NCBI GenBank assembly: GCA_041687695.1
Contig: JAWLBL010000027.1
Span: 53,754-117,753, forward strand
Source: Myxococcota bacterium
GTDB taxonomy: Bacteria; Myxococcota_A; UBA9042; PHBI01; JAWLBL01
DNA length: 64,000 nucleotides
Direction: 5' to 3'
This document shows, in pieces, positions 39,955 through 49,598 of the stretch (its first letter is position 1; each line of letters opens with the position of its first letter). The notes beneath the pieces were generated by a model, which was not told the origin of the DNA, did no database searches, and saw nothing but the letters and a program-made list of their open reading frames with translations. Made by a program: the position numbers and the translations under genes.

Positions 39955-40389
39955 ATGGGATTCTGGGGCCGCGGCCACGACCACATCGGCAACTTCAACT
40001 TCCGCATCGAGATCGAGGGGCTGGCGTCGGCCCGGTTCAAGGCGATGGAGGGCCTCGGATCGGAGACGGAGGTCATCGAGTACGGCGGGTCGGTCGATCA
40101 GATCGTCCGGAAGCGCCCGGGGCGCCACAAGTTCACCGACATCACGTTCAAGCGCGGCACCACGGACAACCAGGAGCTGTGGGAGTGGCGCAAGGCCACC
40201 GCCGAGGGGCGGATCGACCGGCGCTCGGGGTCGATCATCATCTGCGCCGACGACGGCAGCGAGATCTGCCGCTACAACTTCTTCGACGCGTGGCCGACCA
40301 AGTGGAAGGGGCTCGTGCTCGACGCCAAGGGCACGGACACGACGGTCGAGGAGCTGACCATCACGGTCGAGCGCATCGAGCGGGCCTGA
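39955..40389 (+). CDS. T4 gp19-like contractile tail tube protein (eCIS/Afp1-like)
   Basis: [46 protein letters not shown], ..[18 protein letters not shown]. Confidence 0.9.
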   Translation: MGFWGRGHDHIGNFNFRIEIEGLASARFKAMEGLGSETEVIEYGGSVDQIVRKRPGRHKFTDITFKRGTTDNQELWEWRKATAEGRIDRRSGSIIICADDGSEICRYNFFDAWPTKWKGLVLDAKGTDTTVEELTITVERIERA

Positions 40390-40461
40390 CCGCCCGCAGC
40401 GGTCGTCGGCCGACCGACGCTGGCGGTCGTCAGGTAGACGGGCGGGCGGCGTAGCTGCTAA

Positions 40462-42141
40462 GTGGCCCGGTACGTCAGTGACGAGGCGAGGAGGCCCGGG
40501 ATGAGGAACGATCTCCGCGACGCGGCCGTGGTCGAGGTCAGGAGCCGCATCGTGGCGGCCTGCATCCAGCAGGCGGCGCTGCCCGACGGGCTGCCGCTGG
40601 ACGTGCTGATCAACGAGACGCTGTACTTCGAGCGAAAGCGCCTCACGGCCGACAAGACCAGCCCGACCTGGGCGGCGGATCTGGCGTTCTGGGACGACGT
40701 GAAGTCGCGCCTGTCTCGGGCCGGCGAGGCCGAGATGCGGCGGCTGCTCGAGCGCATCGTCGACCGGTTCGTCGGCGAGATCGTCGGCAACTTCAACCCG
40801 TGGGTCTACAGCATGGCGACGCGCGTGCTGCCCAAGGGGCTGCCGATGCTGCTCAACGCCATCAGCCCCAAGCGCCTGCTGACCGAGGGCGGGCTGCCGG
40901 ACATCGGCGACACCATCCGGATCCAGGGGCAGGTCGGCGCGCTGCGGCGCAGCCAGGAGCGCGGGACCGTCATCCTGACGCCGACCCACGTGTCGAACCT
41001 GGACAGCCCGGTCATCGGCTGGATGCTCTACGCGGCCGGGCTGCCGCCGTTCACCTACGGCGCCGGGCTGAACCTGTTCTCGAACCCGATGATCGCCTTC
41101 TTCATGCGCAACCTCGGCGCCTACCGGGTCGACCGGATGAAGCAGGCGCCGCTGTACAAGGACGTGCTCAAGGAGTACGCGACCGTCTCGATGGAGCTGG
41201 GGCAGAGCAACCTGTTCTTCCCGGCGGGCACGCGCGTGAGGTCGGGCGAGGTCGAGCAGCACCTGAAGCTGGGCCTGATGTCGAGCGGACTGCGCGCCTA
41301 CATCCAGAACCTGCGCAGCGGGAAGGCCAAGCCGAACGTCTACGTGGTGCCGGTCAACCTCAACTACCACCTGGTGCTCGAGGCCGAGACGCTCATCGAG
41401 GAGCACCTGCGCAAGCTGGGCAAGTCGCGCTACATCATCACCGACGACGAGAGCTCGCGGCCCCGGAAGGTCTACGAGTTCCTGCGCGCGCTGGTGAACC
41501 TGGACGGCAAGATCACCGTGACGGTGGGCGACCCCATCGACCCGTTCGGCAACGCGGTCGACGAGGAGGGCGAGAGCCTGGACCCGCGCGGGCGGCGGGT
41601 CGACATCCGGCGCTACGTGCAGGACCGGGACGGGACCTACGGGCAGCTGCCGCAACGCGACCGCGTGTACACGACCGAGTGCGGCGAGGCGGTGGCGCGG
41701 GCCTTCCGAAGCAACAACGTGGTGCTGACCACCAACCTGGTGGCGTTCGCGATGTTCCAGCACCTCAAGGCGGTGAACCCGGAGATGGATCTGTACCGCC
41801 TGCTGCGGACGGGCGGCGACGGGGCGGGCGTCGAGATGGGGCTGCTGGCCGACCGGGTGCGGCGCATCGCCGAGGCGGCGCGCAAGCTGTCGGACCAGGG
41901 GCGCATCCGGATGGACGAGACGGTCGCGGGCGGGCAGCCGACGGCGATCATCGCCGACGCGCTCAAGCACTTCGGGACCTATCACGCGACGCCGGTGCTG
42001 GCGCGGCACGGCGACCGGGTGTTCGCCGAGGACATGAACCTGCTGCTGTATTACCAGAACCGGCTGGTCGGCTACCGGTTCGAGCAGGTGGTGGCCGAGC
42101 CGCGGGGCGGCGCGGCGCGGAGCGAGGAGGAGGCGGCCTGA
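40462..42141 (+). CDS. Glycerol-3-phosphate acyltransferase (PlsB/GPAT-like)
   Basis: PTHVSNLD (HxxxxD), YGAGLNLF, LGAYRVDR, FFPAGTRVRSG, KLGL; upstream of gpsA. Confidence 0.85.
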   Translation: MARYVSDEARRPGMRNDLRDAAVVEVRSRIVAACIQQAALPDGLPLDVLINETLYFERKRLTADKTSPTWAADLAFWDDVKSRLSRAGEAEMRRLLERIVDRFVGEIVGNFNPWVYSMATRVLPKGLPMLLNAISPKRLLTEGGLPDIGDTIRIQGQVGALRRSQERGTVILTPTHVSNLDSPVIGWMLYAAGLPPFTYGAGLNLFSNPMIAFFMRNLGAYRVDRMKQAPLYKDVLKEYATVSMELGQSNLFFPAGTRVRSGEVEQHLKLGLMSSGLRAYIQNLRSGKAKPNVYVVPVNLNYHLVLEAETLIEEHLRKLGKSRYIITDDESSRPRKVYEFLRALVNLDGKITVTVGDPIDPFGNAVDEEGESLDPRGRRVDIRRYVQDRDGTYGQLPQRDRVYTTECGEAVARAFRSNNVVLTTNLVAFAMFQHLKAVNPEMDLYRLLRTGGDGAGVEMGLLADRVRRIAEAARKLSDQGRIRMDETVAGGQPTAIIADALKHFGTYHATPVLARHGDRVFAEDMNLLLYYQNRLVGYRFEQVVAEPRGGAARSEEEAA

Positions 42142-43283
42142 TGCCCCAGCGCGGCTCGAGTCAGACGGCGACGGTGCTCGGTGGTGGGTCCTGGGGGACG
42201 GCGCTGGCGCACGTCCTGGGGTGCCACGGGTACGACACGATGCTGTGGATGCGCGACGACGAGGTCGTGCGCGAGATCAACGAGCAACACACCAACCGGA
42301 CCTATCACGGCGATCGGCACATCCACGAGAAGGTGCGGGCGACGTCGAACCTGGCGCAGGCGGCGGGGCACGCCGAGGTCATCCTGGTGGTGGTGCCGTC
42401 GAAGGCCGTCCGGGAGGTGGCGTTCGAACTGGGCGACCACGTCACGGGCGACCAGATCCTCATCAGCGCGACCAAGGGGCTCGAGGCGGCGCGGCTGACG
42501 CGGATGAGCGAGGTGCTGCGCGAGGAGACGTGCGTCCGCAAGGTCGGGGCGCTGAGCGGGCCGAACCTGGCGGCCGAGGTGCTGGCCGAGCAGCCGAGCG
42601 CGTGCGTGGTGGCGAGCCGCTTCGAGGAGGTCATCGAGAAGGCCGAGCGGATGCTGGCCGGGCCGCGCTTTCGCATCTACGGCAACTTCGACGTGGTGGG
42701 CGTCGAGATCGCCGGGGCGCTCAAGAACATCATCGCCATCGCGGCGGGGGTGTCGCACGGGCTGGGGTTCGGGGCGAACACGCTGGCGATGTTGATGACG
42801 CGCGGGCTGGCCGAGATCTCGCGGTTCGGCGAGGCGCTCGGGGCCGAGCCCATGACGTTCCTGGGGCTGGCCGGGGTGGGGGACCTCATCGCGACGTGCA
42901 CGAGCGAGCTGAGCCGCAACCACACGGTCGGGCGGCGTCTGGCGCAGGGGCTGAAGCTGGCGGACATCCAGAAGGAGATGCACATGGTGGCCGAGGGCGT
43001 CTTCACGACGCAGGCGGCGCACCAGCACGCGCGGCGGCTCGGGGTGGACATGCCCATCTGCGAGGGCGTCTACAAGGCGCTGTTCGAGGGCGCGGCCATC
43101 GAGAGCGTGCTGCAGAACCTGATGGCGCGGGCGAGCCGCTACGAGAACAGCTACTCGCCCATCGGCGAGCCGGCGACCGTGACCGGGTCCATCCTGGACT
43201 ACGCGACCGCCATCGCGTCGCGCGAGGGCAACGGGCGCGAGGGCGCGGCGAAGGTCGCGCGCAACGGGGAAGCCGTCTCGTGA
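42141..43283 (+). CDS. gpsA: NAD(P)H-dependent glycerol-3-phosphate dehydrogenase
   Basis: GGGSWGTALA, ATKGLE, LSGPNLA.E, GALKNIIAIA.G, GVGDLIATC.S..SRN, AEGV.T. Confidence 0.96.
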   Translation: MPQRGSSQTATVLGGGSWGTALAHVLGCHGYDTMLWMRDDEVVREINEQHTNRTYHGDRHIHEKVRATSNLAQAAGHAEVILVVVPSKAVREVAFELGDHVTGDQILISATKGLEAARLTRMSEVLREETCVRKVGALSGPNLAAEVLAEQPSACVVASRFEEVIEKAERMLAGPRFRIYGNFDVVGVEIAGALKNIIAIAAGVSHGLGFGANTLAMLMTRGLAEISRFGEALGAEPMTFLGLAGVGDLIATCTSELSRNHTVGRRLAQGLKLADIQKEMHMVAEGVFTTQAAHQHARRLGVDMPICEGVYKALFEGAAIESVLQNLMARASRYENSYSPIGEPATVTGSILDYATAIASREGNGREGAAKVARNGEAVS

Positions 43284-44371
43284 GGTGGCGCGATCGGCTG
43301 GGCCTCGGGCGCGGCGAGGGCGCGGCGACCCCGTACAGCTATCCCCTCGAGCGGTCGAGCGAGCGGACCTACGCCGAGGACTTTCGGGGCGATCTCTTCA
43401 TCTGGGACATCGACAAGACGTACCTCGTCAGCGAGTTCGACTCGTTCAAGGGGCTGCTGGCGATCCCGTTCGAGTTCGCGGTCGACAAGCGCAACATCGC
43501 CGGCACGGCGGCCCTGCTGCGCGCCATCCGGCGCGGCCACCGCGACCACGACGGCCTCGCGCGGTCGAACCCGCTGTACTTCGTGTCGGGCAGCCCGGCG
43601 CAGCTGCGGCGCGTCATCGAGCGCAAGATGCTGTACGACGGGGTCGAGTACGACGGCATCACCTTCAAGGACCACCTGGCCATCCTGCGCTCGCGCAAGG
43701 TCGCGCGCGTCCGCGAGCAGATCGGCTACAAGCTCAGCGCGCTGCTGCTCAACCGGCGCGAGCTGCCCTGGTCGGTGCGCGAGATCCTCTTCGGCGACGA
43801 CAGCGAGTCCGACGCCCTCATCTACGGGCTGTACGCCGACATCGTCGCGGGGCGGCTGCGCGGCGAGGCGCTGCACCAGACCCTGCTCAAGAACGGCGTC
43901 GACCCCGAGGACGCGACCTACGTCACCGGGCTGACAGCCAACCTGCCGCGCGGCGAGCTGGTCCACCGGGTCTACATCAACCTGGAAAAGCGCAGCGCAC
44001 CGGCGCGGTTCGCCGCGTGGAGCGGCCGGGTCGTCCCCTGTTGGGACACCTTCCAGATGGGGCTGCACCTGCTCCAGGAGCAGCTCATCGACGCGCAGTC
44101 GGTGGTGGATCTGGCGCAGGAGCTGGCCAACCACTTCGATCGCGGCCCGATCAGCCTGCTGCGCAGCGTCACCGATCTGGCTCATCGCGGGCTCGTCCGC
44201 CTGTCGACCCTGGACGCCGTGTGGGAGCCGCTGCGCGCGCGCGGCCTGCTGCCGTCGTACCTGTCGCTGGAGCGCGCGGCCGTCGAGGCCGAGCCGCCCC
44301 CCGCCGCGCCGGCCGCCGCCAGCGGCGAGTTCGTCACGCCGCTGGAGCACCTGGCCCTCGACCGCGCCTGA
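43280..44371 (+). CDS. HAD-like phosphatase, App1/DUF2183 (phosphatidate phosphatase)-like
   Basis: IWDIDKT (DxDxT), YFVSGSP, K, LFGDDSESD; GTG start overlaps the gpsA stop. Confidence 0.75.
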   Translation: MRWRDRLGLGRGEGAATPYSYPLERSSERTYAEDFRGDLFIWDIDKTYLVSEFDSFKGLLAIPFEFAVDKRNIAGTAALLRAIRRGHRDHDGLARSNPLYFVSGSPAQLRRVIERKMLYDGVEYDGITFKDHLAILRSRKVARVREQIGYKLSALLLNRRELPWSVREILFGDDSESDALIYGLYADIVAGRLRGEALHQTLLKNGVDPEDATYVTGLTANLPRGELVHRVYINLEKRSAPARFAAWSGRVVPCWDTFQMGLHLLQEQLIDAQSVVDLAQELANHFDRGPISLLRSVTDLAHRGLVRLSTLDAVWEPLRARGLLPSYLSLERAAVEAEPPPAAPAAASGEFVTPLEHLALDRA

Positions 44372-44451
44372 GGCCGGAGCCTGTCGACCGCCACGGCGCG
44401 GCGTTATCCTGTGGGTGGACCGACGCACTCCCTGGTGACGCGAGCCCACGC

Positions 44452-44952
44452 ATGAACGCGAACCCGGGTCGCCCCACGCCCTTCGTCGTCGAGTGGTACC
44501 GCCCCAGCCAGCGCCGCGCCATCGTGCGCGTGGTGCTGCTGGCCTCGACGCTGGTGACCGTGGGCGGCCTCACCCTGTCCCTGTCCTTGCGCGCCACGGC
44601 CGGCGAGCCGTCGTTGGCCGCCGTCGCCGCCGTCCTCGGCGGGCTGGCCGTGCTGGCCGGGCCGCTGGTGGCGACGCTCGGCCTGATGCGCATCCTGGTC
44701 GACGACGAGTACCTGCTGCTGCGCAGCGACGGGGTCGTCCTGGTGCGCGGACGCGCGCAGACCTTCGTCGCCTGGAGCGACCTGTCGGGCGCGATGCCCG
44801 CGGCCGAGGTCGGCGGCGTGGCGCTCCAGCGCACCGTCGGCCCGCCGCTCATCGTGCGGGGCCCCTTCGACGACCTGGACCCGGCCACCCTGGCGCGACG
44901 CCTCAACCACGTCCGCCGCAAGGCGCTGATGAACCTGCTGCGCCCCGCCTGA
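44452..44952 (+). CDS. Hypothetical membrane protein (2 TM + soluble domain)
   Basis: Two hydrophobic helices then YLLLRSDGV...VAWSDL. Confidence 0.65.
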   Translation: MNANPGRPTPFVVEWYRPSQRRAIVRVVLLASTLVTVGGLTLSLSLRATAGEPSLAAVAAVLGGLAVLAGPLVATLGLMRILVDDEYLLLRSDGVVLVRGRAQTFVAWSDLSGAMPAAEVGGVALQRTVGPPLIVRGPFDDLDPATLARRLNHVRRKALMNLLRPA

Positions 44953-44968
44953 GGACGCGGCGCGCGCG

Positions 44969-46249
44969 TCAGGCCGGCGCCTTGGCGCGAGGCGGGGTGC
45001 TGTGCACGGCGCGCTCGATGTTGGACAGCCGCTCGGTGAGATCCGCCAGGCGGTCGCCGACGTGGTCGAGCAGCGGCATCAGCAGACGCGCGCCGATCTC
45101 GGGCTTGCCGCGGGCGATCTGCTGGAAGCGCGCGCGCGACAGCCCGAAGGCCCGCGTCTTCTCGAGCGCCGTGACCGTCGCGCTGCGGGCCGACGGCCGC
45201 GCCAGGGCCAGCTCGCCGAAGTGGCCGCCCGGGCCGATGTCGGTCAGGTGGGTGTGGCCACGGGTGACGCGCACGCGCCCGGACAGCACGACGTAGAACA
45301 CGTCGCCCGGCTCGCCCTCGGCGCAGATGGTGTGGCCCGGCTCGAAGAAGAGCTCCTCGAGGTAGGGGGCGATGACCATGCGGTCGGGCTCGCTGAGATC
45401 CTGGAACAGGAAGACCTCGCGCATCAGCGACGCGACGGTGCTGGCGACCCGGCCGGCGTCCCCGCCGGCGGACTCGACGTCGAGCAGGACCAGGCTGACG
45501 TTGTCGGGCGCCCCGGCGTCCTGCGTGGCCTGCATCAGCTCGCGCGAGGCGCGCGCGAGGTCGCCCGCGGCCAGCGCGTTGGCGATGCGCTCCTCGGTGA
45601 CCACGCGGGTCAGGCCGTCCGAGCACAGCAGCAGCACGTCGCCCGGCGCGAGCCAGACCTCGGCGAACTCGACGTCGAGCTCGGGCGTGGTCCCGAGGGC
45701 CTGGGTCAGCGTCTTCTTGAAGGGGCTGGCCTTGTACTCCTCGGCGCTGATGTCGCCGCGACGGTACTGGGCCATGGCGACCGTGTGATCGGTCGTCAGA
45801 CGCCACAGCTGGTGGTTGCGCATGAGGTAGGCGCGCGAGTTGCCCACGTGGGCCACGAACGCGTACTGGTCGACCACGGTGGCCGCGATCAGCGTCGAGG
45901 CCATGCGCCCCTTGCCCAGCCGCTCGGCGCGAGCCTGGATCTCGGCCGAGGCCTCGGCGAAGGCCTCCTCGAAGAAGCGGCCGATCGCCAGGCGGCTCGA
46001 GGAGGCGCGATCGCGGACCACGTGCGCCATGCGCTCGCGGAGCAGCGGTGTGCGCCGCCGCAGCACGTCCAGCGCGATGTCGGCCGGCTCGGGGCCGCCC
46101 GTCCCGTCGGCGACGGCGTACAGCGGCACGTCCGCGGCCTGCAGCACCGCGTCCTCGTTCACCTTCATCTTGAGCCCGACGTCGCTGAACGCCAGCGCGC
46201 GCTTAATCCGCATCGGGCTCGCCACCTCACCGTCCGAGCGCTGCGTCAT
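44969..46249 (-). CDS. PP2C-family phosphatase fused to a cNMP-binding domain
   Basis: SDVG...NED, AVADGTGG, AHVGNSRAY, T.DHT, LCSDGL, DNVS; C-terminal EGEPGD.FY, GHFGELAL...RSATV.A. Confidence 0.9.
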   Translation of the reverse strand: MTQRSDGEVASPMRIKRALAFSDVGLKMKVNEDAVLQAADVPLYAVADGTGGPEPADIALDVLRRRTPLLRERMAHVVRDRASSSRLAIGRFFEEAFAEASAEIQARAERLGKGRMASTLIAATVVDQYAFVAHVGNSRAYLMRNHQLWRLTTDHTVAMAQYRRGDISAEEYKASPFKKTLTQALGTTPELDVEFAEVWLAPGDVLLLCSDGLTRVVTEERIANALAAGDLARASRELMQATQDAGAPDNVSLVLLDVESAGGDAGRVASTVASLMREVFLFQDLSEPDRMVIAPYLEELFFEPGHTICAEGEPGDVFYVVLSGRVRVTRGHTHLTDIGPGGHFGELALARPSARSATVTALEKTRAFGLSRARFQQIARGKPEIGARLLMPLLDHVGDRLADLTERLSNIERAVHSTPPRAKAPA

Positions 46250-46443
46250 GCGCCGCTCTCCCCGCGTCACGAGTCGGCCGGAGCGTAGCCCGGACCCCGC
46301 CGAAATGACAAACGTCCCGCGCGCCCGACCGGCGGGCCTCCGCCCGGCCCTCGGCGGCCGGCTTCGGCCGTTGCCCGGCGGGTCGCGAGCCGCTACCTTG
46401 CGGGGCCTCACGCTCACCCTCGCCGCTCCTCCCGAGGACCGCC

Positions 46444-48582
46444 ATGCCCGCGCTCGCCTCGCTCGACGCGTTCTTCGCCCCCCGCTCGGTCGCCGTCGTA
46501 GGCGCCAGCGCTCGCGAGACCTCGGTCGGCTACGCCCTGCTCGAGAACCTGCTGTTCGGACGCATGGGCGGCCGCGACCGCGCCGAGGGCTTCCCTGGCC
46601 CCGTCTACGCCGTCAACCCCAGGGGCGGCGAGCTGCTCGGCCACCCGGTCCACCGCGCGCTGGGCGAGATCGGCGCGCCCGTCGATCTGGCGCTCGTCGC
46701 CACCCCGCCCGCCACCATCCCCGGCCTCATCCGCGAGGCGGCCGACGCGGGCGCGCGCGGCGTCATCGTCATCACCGCCGGCTTCGGCGAGCTGGGCGAC
46801 GAGGGCCAGGCCCTGCAGCGCAAGCTGACCGAGGCCGCCGAGGCCGCCGGCGTGCGCCTCATCGGCCCCAACTGCCTGGGCGTCCTGCGCCCTGGCGCCG
46901 CGCTCAACGCCAGCTTCGCCGCCGCCCCGCCCCCACCCGGCCGCATCGGCCTGCTCAGCCAGTCCGGCGCCCTGGTCACCGGCCTCATCAGCTACGCCCA
47001 GCGCGAGGCGTTCGGCCTGTCCGCCGCCGTCTCGCTGGGCGCCAAGGCCGACGTCGACGACCAGGACGTCATCGCCTGGCTCGCCGACGACCCCCAGACC
47101 CACGCCATCGCCGTCTACATCGAGGCGGTCCGCGACCCGCGCGCCTTCTTCGACGTCGTCCGGCGCGTCTCTCCGCTCAAGCCCATCGTCGCCATCAAGG
47201 GCGGCGCCACCGAGGCCGGCGCCAAGGCCGCCTCCAGCCACACCGGCAGCCTCGCCGGCTCGGCGCGCGCCTACGAGGCCGCCTTCACCCAGGCCGGCGT
47301 GCTGCAGGCGCCCACCACCCAGGACTTCGCCGTCTGGGCCCGCGCCCTGGCCCACCAGCCCCCCGCCAAGGGCCGCCGCATCGCCGTCGTCACCAACGCC
47401 GGCGGCCCCGGCGTGCTGGCCGCCGACGCCCTGGTCCGCGCCGGGCTCGAGCTGGCCACGCTCTCGGCCGACACCCTGGCCGCGCTGGACGCCGTGCTGC
47501 CGGCCGTCTGGTCGCGCGGCAACCCGGTCGACGTCATCGGCGACGCGACGCCCGAGCGCTACCGCGAGGCCATCAACGTCATCGGCCGCGCGCCCGAGGT
47601 CGACGGCGTCATCGTCATCATGACCGTGCAGGCGATGACCGACCCGATGGCCACCGCCCAGGCCATCGCCGAGGCCCACGCCGACCCGAGCTGGTCCAAG
47701 CCCCTGACGGCCAGCTTCGTCGGCCTCATCGGGACCGAGGTCGGCAGGTACCTGGACGAGCGCGGCGTGCCCGAGCTGAACATGCCCGAGATGGCCGTCA
47801 GCGCCATGCAGGCGCTGGTCCGGCGCGGCCAGTGGCTGTCCCGGCAGCCGGCCCCCGAGGTCGCCCTGCCGCGCCACCCGGCGCCGGACCACGAGGCCGC
47901 GCGGCGGGCGCTGGCCGAGGCGCGGGCCGCCGGGCAGCGCAACCTGGACCTCGAGCGGGCGCGGCGGGTGCTGGCGGCGGCGGGCGTCCGCTACAACGGC
48001 GCGGGGCAGGCGGCGGACGCGGCCGAGGCGGCGCGGGTGGCGGCCGACATAGGCTTCCCGGTGGTCATCAAGGCCAACAGCCCGGACATCGTGCACAAGT
48101 CCGACGTGGGCGCGGTCGTGCTGAACGTCGCGGACGCGGCGCAGGTCGCGCAGGCCTGCGCGCTCATCCGGCGTCGGGTGGGCGAGCGGCAGCCGGGCGC
48201 GCGCATCACCGGGTTCACGGTCGAGGAGCAGGTCTCGGGCACCGAGATCATCGTCGGCATGAGCCGCGACCCGGACTTCGGGCCGCTGCTGATGGTCGGG
48301 CTGGGCGGCGTGTTCGTCGAGGTCTTCGGCGACGTGGCCTTCCGGCTGCTGCCGCTGGGGCGGCGCGACGCGCTGGACATGATCGGCGAGATCAAGGCGC
48401 AGGCGCTGTTCGAGGGGGCGCGCAAGCTGCCGAAGCTGGACCGGGCCGAGCTGGCCGAGGTGCTGGTGCGCATCTCGGCGCTGGTCGAGGCGTTGCCCGA
48501 GATAGGCGAGCTGGATCTCAACCCGCTGGTCCTGACCGCGGAGGGGCTGGTCGCCATCGACGCGCGCGTGGTCCTGGCGTGA
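46444..48582 (+). CDS. Acetate/acyl-CoA ligase (ADP-forming) family, fused alpha-beta
   Basis: SVAVVGAS, IGPNCLG, SQSGAL, SHTGSLAG (phospho-His), TNAGG.GV, NPVD, HKSDVG, GLGG.FVE, DLNP. Confidence 0.93.
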   Translation: MPALASLDAFFAPRSVAVVGASARETSVGYALLENLLFGRMGGRDRAEGFPGPVYAVNPRGGELLGHPVHRALGEIGAPVDLALVATPPATIPGLIREAADAGARGVIVITAGFGELGDEGQALQRKLTEAAEAAGVRLIGPNCLGVLRPGAALNASFAAAPPPPGRIGLLSQSGALVTGLISYAQREAFGLSAAVSLGAKADVDDQDVIAWLADDPQTHAIAVYIEAVRDPRAFFDVVRRVSPLKPIVAIKGGATEAGAKAASSHTGSLAGSARAYEAAFTQAGVLQAPTTQDFAVWARALAHQPPAKGRRIAVVTNAGGPGVLAADALVRAGLELATLSADTLAALDAVLPAVWSRGNPVDVIGDATPERYREAINVIGRAPEVDGVIVIMTVQAMTDPMATAQAIAEAHADPSWSKPLTASFVGLIGTEVGRYLDERGVPELNMPEMAVSAMQALVRRGQWLSRQPAPEVALPRHPAPDHEAARRALAEARAAGQRNLDLERARRVLAAAGVRYNGAGQAADAAEAARVAADIGFPVVIKANSPDIVHKSDVGAVVLNVADAAQVAQACALIRRRVGERQPGARITGFTVEEQVSGTEIIVGMSRDPDFGPLLMVGLGGVFVEVFGDVAFRLLPLGRRDALDMIGEIKAQALFEGARKLPKLDRAELAEVLVRISALVEALPEIGELDLNPLVLTAEGLVAIDARVVLA

Positions 48583-49067
48583 ACGCGGCGGTGGCGGTGG
48601 CGGTCGCGCTCGCGGTGGCGCCGGCCTGCACGTTCTCGCAGTACCGCCCGCGCCCCGGCCCGTTCATCAGCCAGGTGCAGGCGCTGAGCGGGCCCCAGTG
48701 GGTGGTCGAGGGGCGGAGCTACCCGGCCTCGCCGCTGGGCAGTGGGCTGGCGCAGGCGGTCGCGGCGGTGCCCGAGGCGAGGGCCTACGCCGAGGAGTCG
48801 CAGAACGACGCCGTCCTGGCCGCCATCACCGTGCCGCTGGGGACGATGCTGCTCGCCGGAGGGCTCAGCACCTTCCTCATCAGCTCGGCGCTGGACGACG
48901 ATCCGCTGTCTGGGGGCAAGGGCGCGCTGACGCTGAGCCTGATGGCGGCCGGCCTGTCCGCGAGCGCGGCCGGCGTGTTCTTCGCGGTCAGCTCCGAAGC
49001 CCGGCAGATGGACGCGGTCAACCTGTACAACGACACGATGTGGCTGCGGACGCAGGGGGCGCCGTGA
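48579..49067 (+). CDS. Hypothetical lipoprotein with two hydrophobic helices (paralogue of the next gene)
   Basis: GTG overlaps the upstream stop; APAC lipobox-like motif; VPEARA and DAVNLYND motifs. Confidence 0.7.
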   Translation: MNAAVAVAVALAVAPACTFSQYRPRPGPFISQVQALSGPQWVVEGRSYPASPLGSGLAQAVAAVPEARAYAEESQNDAVLAAITVPLGTMLLAGGLSTFLISSALDDDPLSGGKGALTLSLMAAGLSASAAGVFFAVSSEARQMDAVNLYNDTMWLRTQGAP

Positions 49068-49573
49068 GGGCCGCCGCGTGGACGCTGGTGGCGGCGGCGA
49101 TCGGCAGCGGCTGCGCGTCGACGCGGTACGCGCCGCGCGACCTGCCTTACCTCAAGCGGGTGCAGCGCTCGAACGAGATCCTGTGGCAGGCAGGGACGCG
49201 GACCGAGCCGTTCAACCCGTTCGGGGACGGGCTGGCGCGCATGGTGGCCGACGTGCCCGAGGCGCGGGCGCTGGCCGACGAGGCGCGCTCGGACACGTGG
49301 ACCGGCGTGCTGCTGGCCATCGCCGGGCCGCTGGTGATGAGCGGCGCGCCCGCGCTGGTCTTCGCGACCGCGGACGACCCGTCGGATCTGTCGTCCGGCG
49401 AGGCCATCCTGCTGACGACGAGCCTGCTCGGGGGCATGCTCATGACCTTCACCGGGTTGGCTCATTCCGTCTCGGCCCGCAGCCGCGAGCTGGACGCCGT
49501 CAACGTCTACAACGACACCGTCTGGGAACGTCACGGGCTGCTGCCCGCGCCCCAGGCGGCCCCGCCCCCGTGA
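49064..49573 (+). CDS. Hypothetical lipoprotein with two hydrophobic helices (paralogue of the previous gene)
   Basis: GTG overlap; GSGC lipobox; VPEARA and DAVNVYND motifs. Confidence 0.7.
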   Translation: MRAAAWTLVAAAIGSGCASTRYAPRDLPYLKRVQRSNEILWQAGTRTEPFNPFGDGLARMVADVPEARALADEARSDTWTGVLLAIAGPLVMSGAPALVFATADDPSDLSSGEAILLTTSLLGGMLMTFTGLAHSVSARSRELDAVNVYNDTVWERHGLLPAPQAAPPP

Positions 49574-49598
49574 TCCGCACCTTCAGAGGAACCCCACG

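Noticed and set aside
39955-40389. Prophage
   Set aside because: Only a single tail-tube gene is present; there is no integrase, terminase, capsid or att site.
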